Shown here: positions 31,162 to 39,300 of the stretch, piece after piece
How positions within the stretch are numbered: the stretch's first letter is position 1
Layout: each line of letters opens with the position of its first letter
From: Syntrophales bacterium
Lineage (GTDB): Bacteria; Desulfobacterota; Syntrophia; Syntrophales; UBA2210
Length of the DNA stretch: 64,000 nucleotides
Direction of reading: 5' to 3'
NCBI GenBank assembly: GCA_963666365.2
Contig: CAXXNF010000002.1
Coordinates: 1,632,001-1,696,000 of the forward strand
Notes under the pieces: generated by a model
Databases searched by the model: none
The model's input: only the letters and a program-made list of their open reading frames with translations
Told to the model about the DNA's origin: nothing
Program-made: the position numbers and the translations under genes

Positions 31162-31250
31162 AGTTAACGTCACAAATCACCGGCGGCAAAAAATAGAGCG
31201 AGGAACGAGCTGCGTTTTTTGCCGTCCGAGTGCATTTGCCTTGTTAGGGC
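31162..31250 (-). mobile_element. Integron attC site
   Basis: GCCCTAAC...CAAAT[G]CAC...GTGATTTG...GTTAACT; imperfect hairpin with extrahelical bases, 1 nt after a stop codon. Confidence 0.9.
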
Positions 31251-31251
31251 A

Positions 31252-32019
31252 TTATCTCCTTAGTACTGAACAGCTGTTTGAATTTCTAAAAAATGTGGTG
31301 TTATGTGATGTGTGATACACCATACCGTCTTCTGAACGAATGAACAGAGCTCTACCGCCACGAAGAACTTGATTCTTTTTGTAAATCCAGACTTCGTAAT
31401 CGCCGTTCTCGCCTTCACAATAGTATTTTTCCATTGGATCCCCTATATACGTAATTAGGTCTTCCTTAGACATGCCTCCATATGCCATGAAGGCTTTTCC
31501 TTTATCGTCCGCATTTTTTCCTGCATCAAGTCCTGCTGCTCTGAGAAAAGGCCACGTAGCGATTGCAACTGGGATAAGCGGTGCGTACGACAAAGCCTCA
31601 GCAGATTCTTCTTTTGCTTCGCCGGTTGTTTTCCCTTTGGGCTTCACCTTTATCCACCGAATGCTTTGGATTTCCGTGATCTGGACTATTTTCACTTTCA
31701 CCTCTTGTCCATGCGCGTCTTTTACGATCACATCTTCTGGGTCTGCAACCTGTTTTACTTCCGAAATTCCATCAAGGTTCTGTGCTCTTATAATAATTTG
31801 TACCTTCTCTCCCTCGTTTACGGATGCTGACGACAGGATCTTGCGCAAAGAAATATTTGGAAGTTTCTTCACCTCCTCAATAGAGAACTTCCAAGTCCCA
31901 TACGAAGTTTTTTTCCAATAAGGCGTCTTTGTTGTTGCGCAACCAGACAGTAACAGTAATATTACTGCTGATAATGCGGATACAATTACCCAATTAGATT
32001 GATCACGGCAACACATCAT
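31252..32019 (-). CDS. Hypothetical lipoprotein (gene cassette)
   Basis: Hydrophobic stretch and lipobox LSGC; cassette starts TTAGGGC, complementary to its attC GCCCTAAC. Confidence 0.75.
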   Translation of the reverse strand: MMCCRDQSNWVIVSALSAVILLLLSGCATTKTPYWKKTSYGTWKFSIEEVKKLPNISLRKILSSASVNEGEKVQIIIRAQNLDGISEVKQVADPEDVIVKDAHGQEVKVKIVQITEIQSIRWIKVKPKGKTTGEAKEESAEALSYAPLIPVAIATWPFLRAAGLDAGKNADDKGKAFMAYGGMSKEDLITYIGDPMEKYYCEGENGDYEVWIYKKNQVLRGGRALFIRSEDGMVYHTSHNTTFFRNSNSCSVLRR

Positions 32020-32031
32020 TCTTTGCCCTAA

Positions 32032-32176
32032 TGGGGCCGCGGCTGAGCTGCGGTCCGAGGAAAATTGTAATTTTCTGAGGGCCGGCAGATCAAGCCGCGT
32101 GTTCGTCCGCCGCAGGCGGCGGCACGCGGCGATAGTCGCGGCCCCATTCATCCCGACCGCTTGCGGTCGGGATGAA
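32032..32176 (-). mobile_element. 145-bp ORF-less palindromic element inserted at the attC G|TT crossover
   Basis: Removing it restores attC R' GTTAGGGC; same termini as 8407-8464. Confidence 0.8.
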
Positions 32177-32230
32177 CGCTACAAATCAGCCGCGCTACTT
32201 TTGGCGTCGGCTGCATTTGTTTTGTTATGT
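32171..32230 (-). mobile_element. Integron attC site
   Basis: ACATAAC-AAAAC-AAAT[G]CAGCCG[A]CGC...GCGCGGCTGATTT-GTAGC-GTT. Confidence 0.9.
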
Positions 32231-32242
32231 GATTCACTATCA

Positions 32243-33625
32243 TTAATATTTTTCAATAAGCCGTCGCATCCTCTTAATGGGTATATCTCTTAAATTACTA
32301 TAAAATATCCTTCTGAATTTGGGAATCTTGGTTAACAACATCATTATGGCCGTGGCAATTCGAACACCATAATCTTTCTGAGGAAAGTCATACTTTCCAT
32401 GTTCTTTAAAATACCTGTGATCGGACTGCCATATCATGCGAAGCCGGCCCCAGATATCATCACGAAATATTTTATGACCGCCGACTCCAAGAAAATTTTT
32501 TGGTTTGATATAATTTTGTTCGGAAAAACGTACCAACCGTTCTGCAAAATTCTGTAGTAGGTTATCTATTTCAAGGGAATCTTCACTTTCGTCGGTTATG
32601 ATATCAACATGATTTGAATCCTGCCTGGCAAATGAAGATGCTTCAAGATACTGAATGAGATTAGGTGTCTGGCTCAGGGGACCGGAGATGATGTACCCCA
32701 TTTGCTTACCAACCAGTGACGGCGTGTGATTCCAGAAAAAAGCCCGGTCGTAGAATGTCTTCCATTCGGAGGACAAAAATCGTCCTTTGACAGATCCGGC
32801 GAATACTATAATATCCGATGTTCGGACCTGATTATTATAAAAATCTGCAAATCCGTCCTTATACTGACAATTATAGTCGTATCCACATCGCATGCATCCC
32901 AGGCATCCACCTTTTATATCGATATCATCAAGTTGAACCACTTCCACATTATTCTCTAAATCAAATGATTCCAGAAATCTATTGACCATTTTCATTAGAT
33001 TTGAATTACTATCTGATGAATCCGTTAAGACAATGACTTTTTTACCTCTGGGACTGACTCTATTTGTCGCAGGTGATGGGTGATAGTTAAACTCACTGTA
33101 TGTCAGGGGCTTAAACAATTTCGAGGTTGCGTAGTGATTCTGAATCGCATTAAAAAAATTTTCAGCAAAGGTAACAATAGTTTTCCTTTCATCTTCTTTT
33201 CTAAGGTCAATAAGATCAAGTGAAAGACCATCTGAGTATTTCATCTCGAGATCTTCAGCAACAGATCTGATATAGTTATGAGCAGTATGATCAAAATAGT
33301 GAATTGAGGTTGATAATGCTGCTGTATATTTGTTTTTGAAAGCATCTTGAGCTGATCTTTCTGAAATCAATTCTATAAATCGCATATACTGAGCAGATAC
33401 AACCAGCACCCATAAGCCAAAAGCCCACAAGATGCCATCTGAGTTTTTAATTTCATCGATTATTGTCCCAAAATAATCACTATCTTTCTCCAACTTTATG
33501 ATATTTTTGGCAACATTAAAAACTTTGAACTCGTGCTGGGGAAATTTTTTTTGGATAAATTTCACATATTGCAGAGTGATGCTCGATTCACCTTTTGGGC
33601 TTCCATTTAGCACAGTAATTTTCAT
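32243..33625 (-). CDS. NAD(P)H-dependent oxidoreductase with two flavodoxin-like domains and an iron-sulfur flavoprotein Cys motif (gene cassette)
   Basis: VLNGSPK; CLGCMRC...C; visibly AT-rich; bounded by attC sites. Confidence 0.8.
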   Translation of the reverse strand: MKITVLNGSPKGESSITLQYVKFIQKKFPQHEFKVFNVAKNIIKLEKDSDYFGTIIDEIKNSDGILWAFGLWVLVVSAQYMRFIELISERSAQDAFKNKYTAALSTSIHYFDHTAHNYIRSVAEDLEMKYSDGLSLDLIDLRKEDERKTIVTFAENFFNAIQNHYATSKLFKPLTYSEFNYHPSPATNRVSPRGKKVIVLTDSSDSNSNLMKMVNRFLESFDLENNVEVVQLDDIDIKGGCLGCMRCGYDYNCQYKDGFADFYNNQVRTSDIIVFAGSVKGRFLSSEWKTFYDRAFFWNHTPSLVGKQMGYIISGPLSQTPNLIQYLEASSFARQDSNHVDIITDESEDSLEIDNLLQNFAERLVRFSEQNYIKPKNFLGVGGHKIFRDDIWGRLRMIWQSDHRYFKEHGKYDFPQKDYGVRIATAIMMLLTKIPKFRRIFYSNLRDIPIKRMRRLIEKY

Positions 33626-33651
33626 TGCATATTTCCTTTAAAATCATATTC

Positions 33652-33709
33652 ATATAACGTGGCCTTTAGCGGCGCTTTTTTTGCGTCCGCTGGAAGGCAT
33701 AGGTTAGAT
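33652..33709 (-). mobile_element. Integron attC site
   Basis: ATCTAAC...GCCTT[C]CAGCGG[A]CGC...GCGCCGCTAAAGGC...GTTATAT. Confidence 0.88.
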
Positions 33710-33718
33710 GTGTTCGAT

Positions 33719-34996
33719 TCATAGCAACGTTTCACGACTTCGATCATTCATCATCAACAATGATATGACGCTTACCACAGCCAACGAAGACAAATAGAAG
33801 GCTGGAACTGATAGCACCGAGGTCTTGTCGATCAGCCAAGTTGCGACCATTGGTGTTGTTCCTCCCACCATTCCTATTCCAATGTTGAAGGTGACAGAGT
33901 ATCCTGTCAAACGATCATCGGTTGGAAATAGTTCAACCAGAAGAGCAGGTGCCGATCCCAGAGGAAAAACAATCAGCACTGCAAAGATCAACTGTGCCGC
34001 CAGCACCTGAGCGTATTCACCACTTAGAATTAATTCAAACATGGGATAGGCTAATATGGCTAATAGAAAGAAACCTATAGCCAGGAAATGGGTACGCCGA
34101 ATGAAACGGTCACCGACCCAACCGGATACGGGAATGAGAACCAAAATCATAGCCGTGGCTATGGTATTAATCTGCATGGCAGTGTCCAAAGACATACTGG
34201 TATTTCGCTGAATATAATTAGGCAGATATACCAACGGGATGTAGAAAGTAACACCATATCCTGCTGTGAAAGCCAAAGCTTGAAAGGTTTTCTTCTTATC
34301 TTTAGTAAATGCTTCTTTAAGTGGAGACCGGGATTTATGCTTTTTATCCCTACGGCTAATATGCCCCTCGTGTAATCTCTTAACTTGGGACCAAGCGAGT
34401 ATGCCCAGCAGCAGACCTACTAAAAATGGAATACGCCACCCCCAAGTTTCCGCGAAATGCTGCGATGAAAAAGTAGTAACCACTGTTGCTGCCCCTGAAC
34501 CCAAAAGTAGCCCGGCAGTGCTGCCGACGTTTGCCCAACTGCCTGCCAACCCACGCCGGTTTTGTGGGGCCGTTTCGACCATGTATGTAACTGAACCGCT
34601 AAACTCTCCACCGACAGAGAGTCCCTGAATCAATCGCAGTGCAATGAGGAGCAATGAGGCTGCAATTCCGATCTGTGCATATGTCGGCAGGGCACCGAGA
34701 ACAAAGGTTGGTACGGTCATCAACATGACTGAAAGGACGAGAACCTTGCGACGACCAATGCGATCACCAATATATCCGAATATGGCACCACCCAAAGGCC
34801 TCATCAGGAACCCGCAGGCAAACACAGCCCATGTTGCCAGCAAGGCACTTGTCGTATTACTGTCTGGAAAGAATGCGGCTGAGATGTACGGTACGAAATA
34901 GCCGAATAGCGCGAAATCGTACCACTCCATCACATTGCCTATCAATCCTGCAACGATGCCGGAACTTGACTGGCTTTTGTGGATATTGAATTTCAT
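33719..34996 (-). CDS. MFS transporter, MHS family (ProP-like); probable gene cassette
   Basis: GNVMEWYDF, RPLGG..FG..GDRIGRR, QGLSVGGE, WGWRIPF; attC 9 bp after the stop. Confidence 0.9.
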   Translation of the reverse strand: MKFNIHKSQSSSGIVAGLIGNVMEWYDFALFGYFVPYISAAFFPDSNTTSALLATWAVFACGFLMRPLGGAIFGYIGDRIGRRKVLVLSVMLMTVPTFVLGALPTYAQIGIAASLLLIALRLIQGLSVGGEFSGSVTYMVETAPQNRRGLAGSWANVGSTAGLLLGSGAATVVTTFSSQHFAETWGWRIPFLVGLLLGILAWSQVKRLHEGHISRRDKKHKSRSPLKEAFTKDKKKTFQALAFTAGYGVTFYIPLVYLPNYIQRNTSMSLDTAMQINTIATAMILVLIPVSGWVGDRFIRRTHFLAIGFFLLAILAYPMFELILSGEYAQVLAAQLIFAVLIVFPLGSAPALLVELFPTDDRLTGYSVTFNIGIGMVGGTTPMVATWLIDKTSVLSVPAFYLSSLAVVSVISLLMMNDRSRETLL

Positions 34997-35251
34997 CAGG
35001 TAAATTTCTCCTATACATTTTCGTAAATTATCTCAGAATCACAGGTGAGTCCGTTGATTATACCATCAATAGTTTGTGGATTGTTTCTCAAGCTTGCTTG
35101 CCGCTTATCAGCTATAAAAATAGATCCTTGTTGCGCAATACAGTCATTGGCGGTCTTTATTATTTTGTTATTATTAGAACAAGCACGATATTTCTATTTA
35201 TTTTTATTTCGATTGATTCACGCCGAAGTTTATCTTTCTATCATATAAGAA

Positions 35252-35423
35252 CACTAGTGTCCGGAAAAAGTTAAATTCATAGATAAATGTCTTGTAAGTA
35301 CTTGAATTATTTGATCCGGCTTTCGCAAATAAAATTGAAGTCGACGCACTCGTTAAATGTTCGTAAGCTGTTGTATTATAAAGATTAAATGCTAGTATCT
35401 GTCGATTATTCCGGACACTAGTG
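35252..35423. mobile_element. MITE with 15-bp perfect terminal inverted repeats containing CTAG
   Basis: CACTAGTGTCCGGAA ... TTCCGGACACTAGTG, no ORF inside. Confidence 0.75.
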
Positions 35424-35451
35424 ATACAGTATATAAAAATAATCGTTCAGG

Positions 35452-35529
35452 GTAACCTATGTCCTGACACCAAAATCGGCTTTAAAAGTAACCTATGTCA
35501 TGACACTTTTGGGTAACCTATGTTATGAC
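35452..35529. repeat. Three GTAACCTATGT..TGAC repeats, probably an IS481-type end
   Basis: Copies start at 35452, 35488 and 35513. Confidence 0.55.
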
Positions 35530-36334
35530 CTTTGACAATTATTAAATGAAATCTGTTAAAGAGTGCTGGATCGAGAGAGCACCTCCTTCTGCTATGGCTG
35601 TGCGAAGAAAGCCCCCGCCGGGAACGAAGCACAGATACGTGTTGGTGGTTACGGAAGACACCAATTCCGAAAAGATCATTCAGACCTGGGAAGGTGATAG
35701 ATGAAATTTCCTCGGGGCGGTTCAGGAAACGGGGATCTGCGATCGTAAGGCGATTATGGATTTTTATGCCAACGAATATGCCTATCCCAATAAGTTGTTC
35801 GATAGGTTTGCATCGGGAGGAATGATCACAACCATCCCTGTGGATAAATGACCCCCCTTTTTTACAAAGGGCTTGAATAACGCAAATAGCGTTATCGCGC
35901 TGATTCACGTTCCCGGAGCTACCACCCGCGATTCGGTGGCAGCTTCGGGAAATATCAGGCAGTTAAGTCAGCCCCGAAAGCACATAAAAAAAACCCTTTC
36001 CATTTTCCAATAAAAAGACTAGAATAACAGCAACTTCGTCGGTTGAAATCTATACCGTCACGGAAAAACGCACAGACAATGGGTGGACTCGATTACATCC
36101 ATGAGATCATTCGTGTAAACAATCAAATAAGCTCTCCTGCAACTCATTTTAGACAATATTCTCCGAATTTATACCCCACCCACTTTCGCCTGCGATGAGA
36201 AACGGTATCTATCGGATATTCAGCAATGTCTCCAATGAGTGAATTGTTCCTGATTTACCATTCAAAATTATTCTTCTGTGGTGTTCTGTAAAACAAACCG
36301 AAAATCAAAAGATTTTTTTATAGAGGACAGGACC

Positions 36335-39300
36335 ATGGAGAAATCATTAAAGAACTTTAGGATGTTCCCGATTCTTTGGCGAGTGTTGTCTCGCTATTCT
36401 CTATATGCCGGATGCAGACAATCCGACTACCACTTAATTACACGACGCTTTCATACGGTCGCGGCGGTTGTTTCCGTCATGTCGTTCCTGGCTTTGATGT
36501 TAACAGTGCCCCAGGCAAGTGCCGAATGGGCGGTCAGAGCGACGGGGACAACCCAACATCTCAGGGGCGGTTGGATTGCGCCGGACGGATCGATGTTCGC
36601 GGTGGGAGACGGAGGAACGATCCTGCAATCTGCCGGCAATGACTGGGTTATCATGGATTCCGGCACCAGCAACGCCCTCTACGACGTTTGGGGCTGTTCC
36701 ACCGACAATGTAGTTGCCTCGGGCGTCGATATTATACTGCGTTACGATGGGACATCCTGGGGACCGATCGCCACCTCTGACACCGAATCGATATACGCAC
36801 CGGTGTGGATGACGCCCGAAGGCGACAAGATTTTTGCGGTCAGCCCGTCCTTTACGGGAGGATATCTGCAGGTGTATCACGTGGACACCGAAAGCTGGGA
36901 GGGATGGGGGCGCTTTGTCGGAACCGTTTTGGCTTTCGCCGGAGTCAGCAACGATGTCACCATGGTCCAGAGTGACGGCAACATTGAGCGATTAGATAAC
37001 GATCTGGGGACCACCGAATTCATATACAACATTTACGAACAGGAGTCTCCCCCATTTTCACAACTGGGAGCCGCCTGGATCAATCCTGCCGACTGTCGCG
37101 AAGTTTTCGCGGCGAGTCAATGGAGTGCGAATATTTATCACTTTAACGGCACGGTCTGGACCAATATGAATGCCGGCATTTCTTCCGGTACCAGCATATT
37201 CGCAATAACCGGGAGAAGCGCCAACGACATCTATACGGTAGGCGTGAATGGAACTGAAGGGGTGGTTTGGCACTACGACGGCAACAGTTGGACCCAGGAA
37301 ATCACCCCCGAGATCTCCGGTCTCATCGATGTGGCCGTCGGAAGCCCGGCCAACGCCTGGGGAGAATACGGTCTTCATTTGTATGAGGTGTGGCCGGCTG
37401 CGGATCTGACTATTGAAAAGAACGCCGGTCAGGCAGGCTACATGAAGGGAGACGTGGCCGAGTTCACCCTCACCGTCACCAATAACGGGCCGGCGGATGC
37501 CAGCGGCGTACAGGTATTCGATACGCTCCCGGGCGGACTAGAACCGGTCCGATATCCCGATGGCAGTCTCGCAGCTGAAGCGTCAAATTTTGCTACAATC
37601 GGTTATGATGCCGATTCCGGGCTTCTCAGTTCCTTCCTCGGGGATATGGGGGCGGGAGCAACTGTGGAAATCAAGATGTCGGTGCAGACCGCTTCCGCCG
37701 GAGAGTTCACCAATACGGCAACGGTCATCGGAATGGTGGCCGACCCCGACAGTGAAAACAACAGCAGCGATTTTCAATATCGCGTGGTCGATCCCGAAGC
37801 AACGGCGACCAGCGGCAGCAACTTTCCGAGCAGCGCTACGGCCGGCGATCCCGTCAACACATTCACGGGAGAACTGATCATCAGGGAAGCATCGGATCTT
37901 TTCCTTCCCGGACCTATGCCGGTTTATTTTCAGCGCTACTATGCCTCCGGTTTGCGGCGGGCGTTCGTAGTCTCCCGCGTGGGCGACAACTGGCGTCACA
38001 ACTTTGACTGGACCATTCACTGGGTGGGCAATGTGCTGGCCATCAAAACGAACGAGGGCCTTGTTATCCGATACCTGAAATCCGACACCGTTGCAAATAC
38101 CTGGGTGCAGCAAAACAATCTCGCGTCTCCCCACGAGGTCATCCAGGTTACGCAAGAGTCCGTGACTTCCTTCTTCGTGCTCGATCCTCAGACAAACCAT
38201 ATCCTGCGGTTCACCGTGCCGAGCGGTTTTCATTCTTTCCGCCTTACGGAAATCCGAAACGGAAGGGGCTGCAGTGTGGCCCTCAGCTACAATGATGACG
38301 GCGATCTCGTGGAAGTCACCGACGGGTTGGACCGCACATTGACCTTTACCTACGACGAAAATGCGAACAACGCAGCACGCAAGCTGAGAATCATAAGCGA
38401 CGGCATCCGTTCCGTCCAGCTTACCTATGACGGCGACCTGTTGACTCAGGTCAGAGATCCCACCGGCAGCTTTACCGAGTACGCCTACGATAAGGCCCAT
38501 ACCGACTCGGGACTGCTGAAATACAAGCAACTGCCCGGAGGCACCATCCCCATCAAATATATGTGGGATGACATAGGAAAAGTCGCCAGCCAGACCGATG
38601 CAGAAGATCATTCGACCACTTTCAGTTATGTGTACGGCATCGGAGGCGCCACCACCACCGTCACCGGTCCTACAGACAAGACATCCACCCACGAGTTCGA
38701 CGCCAGCGGCAGGCTCACCAAGGCAACGAATGCGGCAGGAGAAGCCCGGGAAACCGGCAATGACGCCATCGGATTGCGAAGCTCGGTAACGCAGCCTCTC
38801 GGGGGTATTTGTTCCACCACATTCGATTCGGCCACCGGCAACCCCCTTTCCGCCACCAATGCCGCCGGCACCACCATCCGGAACGAATACGTTGAGCGGA
38901 CCGTCTCCCCCGGTTTTACCTTCAGGGAACTCAGCGCCGTCCGTTATCCGGACGACCGGTCGCTTACCTTCACATATGATACTCACGGATATCAGGTAAG
39001 CTACACGGACCGCGGGGGCAATACCTGGACGCGTACCTTTAACGATTGGGGACAGCTGTTGACGGTAACCAACCCCCTCGGGGGTGTCGAAACCCACACC
39101 TACAATACGGACGGCACCCGTGCCACCACCACGGATGCCGCCGGGAACACCACGAGTTACGAGTACGACACCCTCAAACGTCTCACCCGAACCATCCATC
39201 CGGACGAGACCTTTCGCAGTTTCACTTACGACAATGCCAACCGGCTGACTTCCGTTACCGCTGAGAGCGGGGCCTCCACCCTCTTCACCCACGACCAGGA

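Noticed and set aside
32020..32151. N-terminal extension of the lipoprotein ORF in the track
   Set aside because: The upstream ATG lies inside the inserted palindromic element; the cassette and signal peptide begin at 32031/32019
35452..35529. CRISPR array
   Set aside because: Only three short repeats with unequal, too-short spacers and no cas genes; no CRISPR seen anywhere in the window
35498..35908. 136-aa ORF
   Set aside because: No RBS or recognisable motif; lies in degraded intergenic DNA
37583..39292. 569-aa antisense ORF
   Set aside because: Antisense shadow of the RHS gene
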